A DNA stretch of 64,000 bases from Azolla caroliniana (GCA_043228905.1 JBHGNT010000001.1:31372001-31436000), one strand, 5' to 3'; counted from the stretch's first letter, positions 25,431-39,355 are shown. Made by a program: numbers and translations. The notes: generated by a model not told the origin, from the sequence alone.

Positions 25431-26422
25431 CGTTTGCTCATTAAATTACCAACATTTTCCTACTTATCTAGGGGACTTGTCACACTAGTGGCAAACATGC
25501 ATCATTTGCTACCTGAGTTGTTAGGAAAGGACCTAACAACTTTAGCAATAAGAGAAAAAATGCAAGGAAAAAAACCTTTGATTAATATTTTTACATTTAA
25601 TACACAAGTTTGGGAAGTAAATGATGTATGGTCTAAAGCTCACCATGAGGTGTGCACTACATAGGCAAGGCAACCATGGTAAATTTTTTTGGTATATCCA
25701 TGGTAAAGTTTCACTAAAGCCGAAAAATGTGCTTGACTTTTTTCAAGCCACATTATGTTCGACACAGATTGAAGACTCATGCAAGGAAAACACTAAACTC
25801 TCAAGTCTCATGTTCACGAGCTTACGATGTAAAAGAGAAGTTTCCCATTTCACAGGGCAAAGAGGATTGTTCCCTCTAAAAGAAACTTAGTGTGGTGGGA
25901 GATCGTTCCCACTATCCTTTTCAAAATTTAGGTTTTCTATCTAAAAATGGGTTTTAATGCTATCTATCTATCTATCTATGTTCATTCTGTAATAGGCACT
26001 ACTCATCACTGTCATAAGACACACACATTTCTTTTGGAATTTCACTACAAAAGGAGATTGCCGACAAGTTCACATCAGAAACAAAACGGAGAGCGAAAGA
26101 CCGGACCGTACACTCGTAAAGAGAGATAAAGGACGAACATTGGCCCAGAGCTTATGCTTCTTCTTCTTTTGTGCACAAGGCTGAAAGGGTGTGAAAACGA
26201 GGCTGTGGGAAGGGGGCCCTCTTATTCTTTATTGATCGATCGATTGATCTACATATGTATATTTATTCATTCATTTTGTTGTTTGTTGTTGGTGGGTGGT
26301 GGTGGTGGAGTGGGGGAATAAATAAGAAAAGCTAAATATCTTTATATTTATAAAGCGAAAAGGAGAAAGCAAAAGTAGAATGATCAAGATTATAAATAAC
26401 GAATTGTAAATAATAAATAATA

Positions 26423-26735
26423 GGGAAAAATACCATGATACCCTTGGAGGTTCGTCTATTTACCAGAATGCCCTTGGAAGTTCCAAATTTACCAAACTAC
26501 CCCTATGTCCAAAAAATTACACTTTATAAATTAACTATACACTCAAATATTTGGTAAATAGGGCTAGTGCGGGTCCATTTCTTTCATCTTTGGTAAATAG
26601 GGCTTGTAGATTTGAGTGTATAATTACTTTATAAAGTGTAATTTTTTAGACATAGGGATAGTTTGGTAAATTTGGAACTTCCAGGGGCATTCTGGTAAAT
26701 AGACGAACCTCCAGGGGTATCATGGTACTTTTCCC
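26423..26735. mobile_element. Mutator-like MITE / foldback element
   Basis: Terminal inverted repeats of about 125 bp (GGGAAAAATACCATGATACCC... / ...GGGGTATCATGGTACTTTTCCC). Flanks TAAATAATA and AAAATAATA form a 9-bp TSD with one mismatch. No coding capacity. Confidence 0.85.
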
Positions 26736-27044
26736 AAAATAATAAGCAATAATAAATAATAAATAATAAATAATAAACAATAATAAATAATAAACAATAA
26801 ATAGTAAATAATAAAGAATAATGAATAAAGACATCAAATAAGAAATAGCATAAATAGATATCTGTATTACGTCTACATACATATGTATTTATATAAAGCC
26901 AAAAAAGTAGAATAATGAAGTTTATAGATAATAAATAATAAATCATCATTAATAATAAATATAGATATCAAAATAAGAAATAACAAATGAGAAAAAAATA
27001 AGTAGTAAATAAATTCTCCTTTCGAGCGGGAACGATCTCCTGCT

Positions 27045-27082
<38 letters not shown>

Positions 27083-27199
27083 CATACATACTGTGGTATC
27101 TCAGCCTGAAGGTCTCCATTAAAGCTGCGTCGCTCGCACAAGACGATCTCGCTCTGACGGCGGCGTGGTTTCGAGTCTGAAGGTCTCCATTAAAGCTCC

Positions 27200-29538
27200 A
27201 TGGCTTCTACTACGCTCGTCATCGTCTTGGTTTTCATCCTCGACCTCATCGCCTTCGGACTCGGCATCGGAGCAGTGCAGAGACGCGCCACTGTAACCTC
27301 TCTCTCTCTCTCTCTCTCCCACCTTCCTTCCTCCTTTTCTCTTCCTTTCCGTTTCTTTTCCTGACTTATGAGTTTAAAGGAACTCTTCTCGCCTTTTTCT
27401 TTTTCAAGTTCTGCAGTTTCTTTGCTAAAAATTTCAGCAACGTTTGTCTTTCTAACTAGATCTCTTGGTTTCCTTTCCTCCTTTACTGTTTTTTTTTTTG
27501 TCTCAGAGAGTTAATCGCCACATCTGAGTTTTTAGAGCTACTTATGTAAATCAGAAGTAACTATATTTCCTGATTTCTACGTGTTTATGTCCTTAGGTTT
27601 TAGAGCTACTTACGACTATCAGGCATTATGAGCTTCTAGTATTGCTGGTTTCTTCCCCTTCTGAAGGGGAAATGAGCATCAACTTCGCCCGTTTTTATTA
27701 CACCTTAATATTGCTAGATTTCTTACTACCAAACGAGAAATGTAAACAGTTGATTATTCTTGGTGGGCATAGAAAAAAACTTTATTTTGCTCCCGTATCC
27801 AAGCCTTCAATTCGGCCAGTTTCTAGCTAAATTTGTATTACAGCTACTAGATAGTCTTCATGCATGGAGAAAAGCATTATTTGTGGTCGTTGTACATGTT
27901 ATACATGCTTTATGTGCAGGGAAAACCCTAACACTGAATGTTTTACCACTAAATACAGAACTATCTTGTTTTATGGTTATCAATGTGCAGGGAGTTAACT
28001 TCGTACTTTTTACACACGCTCCATGTACATGAAGCTAACCTATTTTAGTTGTGAATTCAGTTGGGTTCTATATTCTGATATCTTCTGTGTGTTGTACGGG
28101 AGTCTATGATCTTCTCATAGTATCTGTGAATAACAACTAAATCTAAAAGCTACTTATTTTAACCCAAGATGTGGCAGCTACAAGTATGAAATCCATGTTC
28201 CTGATATGAGGTTTTCAACCCCATTCTTTTCCGAATTTCTTGCAGGGTGTGCCACAAAATGATGATACAAGTACTCACCACTGGTGTTATTATTCATCTG
28301 ATATAGCTTCTGGATTGAGTGTTGGAGCCTTATTGTTCCTCTTAACTAGCCAAGTGATTATTGGGGCTGCAACACGATGTCTTTGCTGTGGGAATCCGCT
28401 TAAACCTGGGGGAGCTCGAGCTTTTGCTATCATTTTCTTCATCCTCAACTGGTAATACATCGTTACTCTCTCCCCTTCTCTCTGAAAACCTGTTCTTTTC
28501 TGGTATTGGTTGACGTATTTCATCCTTTTGGGAGTATGCTTGTTTGCCATTGTTTTACTCATCCTCTACTCATAATCTTTATTGTCTCTCTCTCTCTCTC
28601 AAAATATGTTGTTATTTGTCTTTACTGCTGCTCCTTGGATTTAACATCATGCATTTCACCATGTAGGAAGATGAGCTTGTGATGTCTTTCTCTTTCTTTA
28701 TTCTGAATTTGTAATCTTTGGTTTCTCTTTGAAGTTAGACTGTTGAAGTTCTTTCGTTTGCATTTACCATCATGTATTGGATCCGCCAGGAGAATACATT
28801 TCATTACGATTTGATAATCCTTAGTTCATCTTTGAAATCTGTTCTAATACTAAGCGACATTATTTGTTTACTTCCGAAAGAAAAATATAATGTGAGAGGC
28901 CATGCCCGGATAAATGTACTTCCTTAACTTCTATATGCCTTACGTATTTACTTTGTGAGGCAGTTACAAATCCCGACATTCTCTTTAACTTTCATATTTA
29001 CTCCACAGTGACACGCATGAAGTCATCAGAGTAATAGATTGTAAATATGTACCAAACACAGTTTTTGAGATTCTCTACCTGAGATATGTTAGAAGTCATG
29101 ATCTCATTCCTTATTCCTTCACATTGTACCTAATTTGAAATTTGGATTGTAATAATGCTCTCTTGATAGGCGCAATATAGTTTAGAAACAATTGTGCATA
29201 GAATTCTGGGCTATATGGCAGATTCCCTTAGATCTTCACAAATGGTTTTAACTGTGGTTTTTCAATGATCCAGGGTATCTTTTATCATTGCTGGAGCGTG
29301 CTATTTAGCAGGAGCAGTACAGAATGCCAAACATATAAGATATTTTTCATATTTTGCAGTCACTGATATATCATGTGGGGCAATTCGCAAAGATACTTTT
29401 GCTTCGGGTGTAGCATTCACTTTCTTCACATTTATCCTCAGTATTGCTTATTATCTCTGCCATTCAAAAGCTCAAGGAGGATCTTGGAAGAACCGGTTTA
29501 ATAGAGAAGCTGGTGTGAATATGGCTTCCTACTCATAA
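27200..29538 (+). CDS. DUF1218 family membrane protein (fiber protein Fb34 / MODIFYING WALL LIGNIN-like)
   Basis: Exons 27200-27292, 28246-28451, 29274-29538, phases consistent. MASTTLVIVLVFILDLIAFGLGIGAVQRRAT / WCYYSSDIASGLSVGALLFLL...TRCLCCGNPLKPGGARAFAIIFFILNW / VSFIIAGACYLAGAVQNAKH...CGAIRKDTFASGVAF. Confidence 0.9.
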
Positions 29539-31383
29539 AGATTTGTTTCTCCGACCATTGTTCTATTTTGGAAAATCATTCTATTTGAACCTTCGGTAAC
29601 CCCCCCCCTTCCCGTTTACTATTTAGGCTCTTTTTTTGATGGCCTTCTTTTTGTGTTGAAGCTGCTAGATCCACCCTATGGATGTGAGTTGTATGGACGA
29701 AGGCCTTTTATTATAACATATATCTGAATATTTTGTGGTAAGAGACATGATTAATCAATGATAGATCAGTGCTCCTAAGTTCTAACTTAGATTTGCCTAA
29801 AATCTGATCATTTGGGTGAAATAACCTTTTCTTGATAAGCTATAGGGAATCTGTTCAAACCACCAAAGGAATTCACAAACTTTGAGCCCCTCATTTTAAT
29901 TGAAAGTGATGCACAAGAACGTCCTTGTATCTAAATGCTTTGGTAAGAGAAAATGTAAGGAATTTCTTATGTTGTTCCACATCACCCACAATGCAATGAA
30001 GCTCTCTTTCTTCTTAAACTTTTAATACTCAGGAATGTACGTCCATTAAACCTATTTGATAGAAACGCCTCTTTTCTACTTGAGTGGAATATCCAGGCCT
30101 CCATCTATTGTAAGCCTGTTTTTCTGCTAATCTCCCAGCTTGTAGCTGGTTTATTTTAAATGAAAGTAACCACTTTATCCACCTGAATGACAGAATCCAG
30201 ATAGTAATCCTTGTTTTCATCATCTTCTAAGGGGTGGGCCAAGACGATTTATATAACCACCTGATGTCATTGAAGCATATTGTGTGACCTTTGTCATTTG
30301 TCTCATGTAAAGCTATCCAAAGGCTTAATTGTTTCTGAAACGATATGTAAGTGAAGTTCATAAAGCTACTTTTTATCATCGTTGCAAAATTCTTAAGCAT
30401 AACATTGAGCGTTGCAGGTTTCAAAGGTTCCAATCTATCTCAATCTCTTGCTACAGTCTATATATACATTGGTCTATTAATGCTATTTCAACCTATTAAA
30501 ATTTTAGATTTATACAAGAATCAAAAGAAATTCAACCTATCTCAACTTCCACAGGTAAATTTTTATTTAGTTTAGCTCAAATGTGAAGAACTCTATATTA
30601 AAGTTGTATTGTTTAATATGGGTGCGAGAAAACCTGATTGGCATCTCAATTTGTATGTAGTTACAACCAACCTTGTTGCATTCATTCACAAGAATAAACT
30701 CAAGATGATGGTATGGCTACAGTGACGTATCAATTTCTAGTTAGAACTTCTTGGAAATATTCATTCATAAGGTTAAAACCTAGATGATGTTTGTCTTGGA
30801 AATTTTTGCCTAGTTTTGCCAACAAGTTGCAATTGCTTTTTAAAAAAAGAACAAATTCAAGAACATACTTGGATCTCATAGAATATTTTAGTAGCACCCA
30901 TTTGTATTGTTAATTTATTTTGCTTGCTTGAGCTTTATGGTTTTATTATTGGCACCACCCCACAAAAACGTTTTGGTTGTTATTCTGGTTTAGTTGGTTG
31001 AAGTAGCATTACAAGTTTTGGAGTGGCTTGATTCCAATCTTCAATTGAGACATCAACTACTAAATTACGAGATTATGTTTTCCTTTGTTTATGCCACACA
31101 TTCAACATTAACTTCAAAACCTCACCTCGAAGAAGAAGAAGAATATATCGAAGGAAAATTTCCTCATAAAGATCGATTAACTATTGTGGTTCAAGATACC
31201 AACACGGAAAAGAGATACCTTTTTACTTCAGAAAAAAACTATATTTGGCGGTTTGTTGAAAGGTAGGGAAACCAAGACCCTTTTATCATTATCTTTTATA
31301 CAATGTAGATGCGGGGGAGGATAATAGACCTCGGCATGTGCATACAAGCAATTCCTATCCTTTCATTGTAGAATTGAGAAGGA

Positions 31384-34008
31384 TTAAATGAAGGAATCAA
31401 TGATTTGGCTTTGATAGTGTTGGGTAACTGCATCCCATCCAGCTTGGGTGGGATGGGCACCATCCCAAAAAAAGATTCGGGTGGAATCCGGACAAACCGA
31501 GTAGAGGGGTTTCCCTTGATCATCCGCACTTCCACACTTTGCTCCCTTCTCAATACCTTGACAACATGATTGTAATACTACGTCCTTAGAAAAACCTGGC
31601 ACGACAAGACTTGCTAAGATTGTTTGTTTCTTTTACAACGACATGGAGGCAAAAGTAGATTATATGACAAATCATCTAGAAGGATTTACCGTAGTCAGAG
31701 CTCGACGAGAGCACGTCAAGGAAGGTCTTGTATTGATCCAAGATGATGTACTTAGAGTCGCGACCACGGAACGTGCGCATTGTGACGAGCATTTGCGCGA
31801 GGATGCGGTTATGGACCGAGCTCAGCACGTTGTCCGTCCGGCTACAGTTAGCCATGCTCTTCGGTGTGGTGATGAATGGCAAGCAACCCGCAGGCTCCAA
31901 GTTTGTGATGGCAAACCTGCGGAATCCAATGTCGTGCAACCTCATGAGCTCCGTCGACATTCGGCTCACCACTCTTGTGATGAGGAAAGGTATGCCCTGA
32001 AATGAGATTGGCAGGGTTCTAAACTTAGGGACCTATATATCCCAATACAAAGCTGAATAGAGTAGATTGGCCCCATTAAGTGTGGTAAATTTACTGAGGC
32101 AAGAGGGTTCCAAACTTAGGGACCTATATATCCCAATACAAATCTGAATAGAGTAGATTGGCGTCATTAAGTGAGGTTTAAATTTACTGAGGCAAAAGGG
32201 TTCCAAACTTACGAACCTATCTCAATACAAATCTGAATAGTGTAGATGGCCTTGGCCCCCCACCCCAACACATGTGTGATTCGATTCAGTGAGATGAATA
32301 GAGAGACATATGGATTACATATTTTGGAAAATAAAAAACAGAAAAAGGAACCCCATACCTTTCGACCAGATTTTTGAATGTGGGTGCTGTAGTCATTACC
32401 ACCATATACAAAGAGCACCAAAGAGTTCTGGTAATCGATGGGCTTGCCGCTTGAGATTTGCTGGAACTGATCGATTTGCGTACTGATGTTGACAAAATCG
32501 GGGCCGTAGGTGTCGAAGAGCCCACTTCCGCCGTATGCGAAATTCACTCCGGTTTCCAGCATCTCTCCTTCGGGCAACGATCGGAATGCTGCTGGCGATG
32601 GTAGATTCAGAAATCTTGCTGCAGTTTAAACAAGAAATGTCACCTCAATCAGGAGCCCAAATTAAAACATTCCTTTGTCTCTTCTTCACATGCATACAAT
32701 ATATACCATCAGCAGGTTTCAACAAGTGGAGGAACAGAATTTGGGGATATGTCCAGAAGTTCAAATTTGTCTCCTAGTTCAAATTTTTTAGGCTGCATGA
32801 ATTAACTCCTAGTTACCTAGGAAGGTATGGATATAACGGTTTCTTCATGCTAATATGTACTTGAAGGGGAATAAAAGAGAAGTTACCGATGTAATCGGTG
32901 AGCACGAAGCCATCCGAGAACCGGCCGGCTGGACTCCCGGGCCAAGTATGGCCATAAGGCGCTTTCCAAGGTTGTGACAAATTAGGGTTTTGTTTGTCAT
33001 GGTTCCCTGTGTCTGCATAGGAGTCCCCAAACACAAACAATGCAGGGGGTCTTGCCCCTTCCACCACTATAATTTCATCTGTGAGGATTTGAAGATTGAA
33101 ATATGTCAAAATTACCATAACATGGAAATCACCGTTGTAAGAATTTACTACTATTGCCCCTATAATGCAGACTCATTTAGAATGATCATATAGTCAGAAA
33201 ATCGTTAACAGAGAGTCGGTAGTAGGGCTTTAACCTGATAACAAGTCAATGTGCTCTAATAAGCAAAAATCCTATAGAAAACCCATCAAATGCTTTGAGG
33301 AGAATATGTCAAATGACTGTAGAGAGACATCCCTATTAGGTAGTAGGTCTTGATCAATAGAGACTCCGCAAAAAGGAATGCAACTGTTGTGCTCTTTTTT
33401 TTTAAATTTTAGGCCCCAATGTCATGACTCATATATATGTAAGAACTGTACTAGAACTGTGGGGGTTTGCATGATGTGTTTTAGTTTTAACTACAAACAA
33501 AAACAGTAATGGAATGAGAGGATAGACCAACATCAAGTAAAAAGACAAACAATTCTGGATTTAATCCGTGAAACTTTAAATGGAGGAAAACAACCGTGAT
33601 GAAGGAAGTAGGGTTTAAGATGGAATTATGGATCTAAGATACAATCTGTGTAAATAATAAAGGGAAAAAGGACAGTTTTACGGTTTTGGGTTCAGTTCTA
33701 TTTAAAATCAAGGGGAAAAAAAAACAGGAAGTTAAATGCGTACAAATTGAAGTAAAAAATAAAAACTATGTTTGAGTATAGAAGGAATTTGTAAGCCCGA
33801 TTTCAAGATCAAGTTAAAACGAAGGAAAGAAGAAGCGAAAATGAAGGGACACAGAGAATCTGTATAAAACTGAATGCAAGAGAAAATAGAAGATAAATCA
33901 ATTGTTAGGGTTTTAGGGGCGAGTTTTTTAATTGATTTTAGAGAGACCTGAACGAGAAACGAGGGGGAGGGAGAGGAAGAGGAAGATGAGGTTCATGAGG
34001 CGATCCAT
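31384..34008 (-). CDS. GDSL esterase/lipase (secreted), 5 exons
   Basis: Exons 34008-33948 (signal-peptide-like), 33078-32887, 32618-32359, 31996-31690, 31595-31384. Block I FVFGDSYADTGN, GRFSDG, GVNFAYGGSG, block III GGNDY, block V FWDGAHPTQAGW. Confidence 0.95.
32014..32250. repeat. Intronic tandem repeat, about 92-bp unit x 2.6
   Basis: GGGTTC(C/T)AAACTTA...CAATACAAA.CTGAATAG.GTAGAT starts at 32014, 32105 and 32198. Confidence 0.9.
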
Positions 34009-37000
34009 TATAGTTTTTCAAAAGCTCTGTGACTGTCTGTCTGTTGCTTCGGTGATTGATCTACAGCCACTTAATTTTGAGAAGGAGGAGAAGGAAAGGA
34101 AATTATTTCAATTTCTTCATCACATGATATTTTATGGTGTTTCTTTTGGAAAAGCAAAGACAGAAGAATAGAATTCTGTTTGTAGTGTCGACTTTCATAA
34201 ATCCATGAGTGAGGTGGGTCATTTGCATTCAATGAATGAATGAATAATCTCTATATGTACATCATACATACAATTTGCTCTGTTCTTTTCTGCGCTTCTC
34301 TGTTCTGCTCTGTTCAGCTCTAAAAAGCTTCACAAAAGCAACACATCTAAAATCCTTCATGTTTCCCCAAAGTTCCAACCCTTTTTAGGACAATTTCTAG
34401 AAATACCCTTTTTCTTTGCCTTTACCCTAATTCCTAAAATACCCCCCTTCCCCTTCGGATTGATTGTATTTTTGTTGCCAAATGTACTTCAAACATGTCC
34501 CACACAAGAGAACCAAGCAAAAACTCTTCCCATGCCATCTATCCAATTACCCCCCCCCTCAATACTACCCTTCACTCACTCGGTTGAAATTACCCCTCTT
34601 CCTTTACGCATGATCCTTCAAACCCCATATAGAGCTGTCGTTGACACATGTACGTAAACAAAAGGACCATTAAGTTGTCTCTAAAGCACACATGTGATGA
34701 TAATACTACTCCACCTATAGCATGGTATATCAAAGTGTCGTGGTGCTATTGACATACTTATAGAATGTGACGTATTCTTAAAGTCATCCAATCCATCTTC
34801 GCATAAACTATTCGTGGTCCTTACTTTTGTCACATCTTACCTAACAAATGCCATCCATTATTAACTATCTACTATACTAATGTGGACGTTCATATGTCTT
34901 CCCTCTTTTGGAAATCGATACAAATCCCAGGACAAGTAAACTAGTCCAATACCCTATGACGTTAGTTAGCAACATATTAATAACACTTTTAGTGAAACTA
35001 GATAGATGTCCATTATTTACATATAGAGCATACCCCCAAACATTTGCAGATTTTGTATTTGGTTAATAAACCTAACCATCTTGATTAATTGATCTCCCAA
35101 TCGAAGTTGCTAAATAACATATCAAACATGTAATTAGAAGCCAATTTGATTATAAGTTTGCACACAATTATGAGCTTTTGATACTTCATCGAGATTTCTC
35201 CACACGTTAGGGAAAAAAATCTTGATTGTTGAAGCTTCAATGACATAGGAGAGTCCCTTGGGTTGGGCTCCAACATGGACCACATATATATTATTATGCA
35301 ACAAGTGCCCCTTTTAACAATGAGTTTGATATAGCATTCATTGTCGACATATTCCTCCAAAAATAATGGTTATACTAGTTTATCAGGGGATGTCATATCA
35401 ACTTTCCTCAGCAAAGGGTATCGAATATGTATATGAAAAAAAGAAGTCGTACAAATGTGCACAAAAACCAAACTTTTGACGAGTATTCTACATTATCGGC
35501 GACATTTGATTGACTTACAAATAGAATTTACATGGTGTTTGCATCCAATATGTCTAACATGAGGCTCATGTATTTAATGGCATGTTCATATTTGGGTGGT
35601 TCACCATCTAACACTTTTCTTTCCATGGAACGACAATTCTATTTAGGAGATACGTGATGATCACATTGATTCTCTTTGATGGTCTTGAATATAAATGCGC
35701 CTTCGAGTGTGAAAATGAAAAGGTATGCAATGACCATAGAGTGCACCACCTTTGTTAAGATAGCAAATCACATTCATAGTGTGGAAGTGATAAAATTCTT
35801 GGACATGTAAGATTCTTGTACATAACCCAAATGTTAATTTAGATGCTTGTTATTAGCATTGTGTCGATAAATATGACAAGACTCAAAATTCATGTCTAGG
35901 AGATAATCTCGTTGCTTAATCAGTTTGTTGTTTCCAAGAATAGCCAATTATTTATGTCGAATATCATCAATTTTAGTCATATGGTAGTACTAAAATAGTG
36001 CTTAAATGAATGATATTCTTAAATTATCTAAGAATATCCTCTTTTTAGTAGCTCTCAAATTTCTAAATAGTGTGCCAACTTTCTTTTATGTCTCACATTT
36101 CATTATCAAACATACTTTTATACGAATACATAGGTATTCATGCCAAATTTAACGACGCAAGTCGTTTCACATTATTTTCGCAAGTATGTTGTATCAATGA
36201 TCCATCATAGCCTCCCAAATGCCCTTAACTTTTTCGTCAATTCCCAAACAATCTTAGTCAATCTCTAAAAGAAAAAAAGACGATGAGTTGACCATATCAT
36301 CGCTTAGATAGACGGGAATAGACGGAGGCCATTAGGAACATTTGGTAGAATATAAACTCAGGATTGATATCACATATCAAACTCTTCTCAAACTAGAATT
36401 GCACAATGGATCCAAGGTATAAGGGAAAACCTTTTTAAACCATTGTTTAGTTTCGATTATAATAAAAATCAAACCATACCATGTTTCTAGTTCTTAATTT
36501 TACTGTACAAAATGTGTATATTATACATCCACGTTGAGAGATGAAATAACTAGAGGAACAAATTATGAACATGACTATAGTATATGTTACCTAATAGATA
36601 TCATTGTAAACTTATCATGTCATACCTCTAATTTAAAACATGATACATAAGAAGGGACATTACCGATAAAGGACAAGTGCATGTGTGCTAATGTCTGAAG
36701 ATAATAAAAAGGCAAAGGAAACAAGTGTTCGGAACTCATGTTGTTGTCTCTCGCATTCATCATCGATAAATACAATGAATGATAATTATACACACTTCAA
36801 AACCATGACCACATGCTATGCTTTATATAAATTATGAGTCATATGTTGCCCTTCATATCAATGCCTCATCTTTGATGGTGATGTAAACTGCACATATATT
36901 GGACAACTATGGTTGGGGAAGATGGGTGTCAGTGGTCAGACAACACCAACCCAATACAATGCTGAAATCATTTCATGATTCACAATGCGATAATTCGTAT

Positions 37001-38086
37001 ATTTGAAGATGTGTTCAATATATTTTCAAAATGATGCATGCACGCTAAGCCAAATGGTTTCTTGTCATAAATATGCATGCCATCTCGTCGACAAAATTCA
37101 TGTCATGTATCTTTTCGTACTAGTGCCATATTTCTTGCCATATGTATTCCTAGTAACAAATCAATCAATTGTGAAACCTTTCATCCACGAATTCATTGAA
37201 CTTCAACGCAGATTTTATAAAGATTTGATTAGGCTCGTATACCTTTAGCATGATCTAGAAGTGGTCTACATAAACTAGCTTAATGGTACTCTTGTAATCT
37301 TTCATCACACGAAAGCATCATGATTCATGTTTCCACAAATGAGAAGGAACCCTCATTACTTGTTTTGGACATGCTTTTCCGTCATGTACCTTGGAGTACC
37401 TCAAGTTACATGATATTCAAAATTCAAAATTCAAAATCAGTTGATTGTGCAATTTTGAGATAAGAAGGTTTGCATCTATGATGGGTTATCAATTAGAAAT
37501 GATGAGTACACTAAATGCTTAGAAGAGCACACACAATTCAAATCTATGTAGGCTAATGACCTTATTGATAAAAATATTTTCAATCTAAAACAAATTTGTT
37601 TCGAATCCACACAAGGGATATCCTAGAGAACACGCATAAAGAATGGTATTCCATTATCACACCTTTGCACAAACATTGCCCATTATGTTTATTTTAACGA
37701 AATGGTTATTCCACTTGTCATACAATGCGGATATCTCGTTCATGACTGACTATACTTGCTTGTTGCTGATTTGGTAATGTTGGTATACAATTATAGAATA
37801 TGGCTTCATATAAGTAAACCATATGTTGTTGAAAATTACATGATTGTGATATTTGAAGCTCACCCATGTTTAAGTCTAAAGCAATTGGGAGTTCAAAGAA
37901 TGGCACTAGGTTCTCATTATTTGTCTTAGTACCCCAAACCATTGCCCACTAAGTTTGGCTATCAATTTTCTAGGACTTGGTTGGCAATAAAATGAACCTC
38001 TTTGGATTGAACTATGGATATATGTCAAATAACTAATTGGAACGATGTTAGGAATAAGTTTCAAAGAGAAAACGATATACCATTAA

Positions 38087-38336
38087 CATGGGACATCCAA
38101 ACCCATGTTCACACCCTATAGGGATATATTGAATGTACATCCTAAAATACCATCAATTCATGCCGCGTCATGCGTGATTGTAAGGCCAAGAGGTAAAATC
38201 CTTAGCAATGGCTATTGGCCATGGGAAATCCAAACTCATGTTCACATGATATGGGGATACATCAAACTTACATCCTAAAATACGATCAATCGATGCAACC
38301 TTGCACATGATTGTAAGGCCAAGATGCGAAATCCTT
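38087..38336. repeat. Diverged tandem duplication, 133-bp period
   Basis: CATGGGA.ATCCAAAC.CATGTTCACA...ACATCCTAAAATAC...TGATTGTAAGGCCAAGA at 38087 and 38220. Confidence 0.85.
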
Positions 38337-38965
38337 TGTGGTGGCCATTTCTTGATGAGAAAGATTGTAGTGGGGAAAGAGTGTAGGGATTATGTGAGAG
38401 GACTACTTTACAATGTACATCCCTCAAACTACAAGTGCATTCACATGCTAGACACTAGTACAAGGTTGTAAGTGCACATTTGAATGTGTACAGGATGTGA
38501 TACACCAAGATTTGAATCCCTAGAAAGAAGACAACATTACCAATGAATGCACAATGTGGAAGTATTGCCTTTATATGTCATATCAAAGCTATAGACATAT
38601 GGAAAAACTATTAGTAGTTTATAGGTACATGAGCTAACCATGAAAATTTTACAATTAACATTGACAACGATAAGCTTTCCATCACAAGGGAATCACCAGG
38701 GTTGAAAAATATCAGGATTGCATTGTAAAAACTAATACTCATACATTTCCGTAGCAAGCCATTTGAACCGATGAGTAGGTGAAAAGACAAACTGGAAACA
38801 AAAACCAATGCTTCACTTAGTTACAATCAATCCTTCAAGTGTTGCACCGGGTCAGGGAGCTATGTTGCTCCATGTTTTCTTTTTTGATGAATTGCCTCAT
38901 TACTATCACTCATGGACAAGATCACCATTTCTCAGTGTTCCCCAACAACAAGATCGCTGATGCTT

Positions 38966-39164
38966 CATACATGCATATGCATCCCCTGTGCCATGCATGC
39001 ATGCATGCGTGGTACATGTTGTGTGTTCCATACACAAGACCAAAAGTGCACACAACGCCAAATGTCTGTCCATCCTTCGTGATTTGGATATCTCTCTTTT
39101 TGGTCTTGTGTATGGAACACACAACATGTACCAAGCATGCATGCATGCATGGCACAGGGGATGC

Positions 39165-39177
<13 letters not shown>
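38966..39177. repeat. Near-perfect inverted repeat (80-bp arms, 52-nt loop); candidate hairpin RNA or MITE-like foldback
   Basis: 38966-39045 is the reverse complement of 39098-39177 with only two differences. Confidence 0.9.
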
Positions 39178-39195
<18 letters not shown>

Positions 39196-39313
39196 TGTAT
39201 GTATGTGCCTGCCCTATATAGGATGAGAAGAGACATCATCCAACCTATATACATACCTATATACATGTACATACATAAGTAGCGACAAGACAAATTGCAA
39301 ATGCAGAGGTGTG

Positions 39314-39355
<42 letters not shown>

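Noticed and set aside
27200-34008. Idea of an epidermis/cell-wall gene cluster (HD-ZIP IV, DUF1218, GDSL, NAC)
   Set aside because: These families are common, no L1-box was noticed in the promoters, and there is no co-expression evidence. Adjacency alone is insufficient.
37370-37410. FSVMYLGVP LINE-like motif (similar ILGIP on the minus strand near 53350)
   Set aside because: Isolated short motifs. Plausible decayed LINEs, but boundaries cannot be supported.
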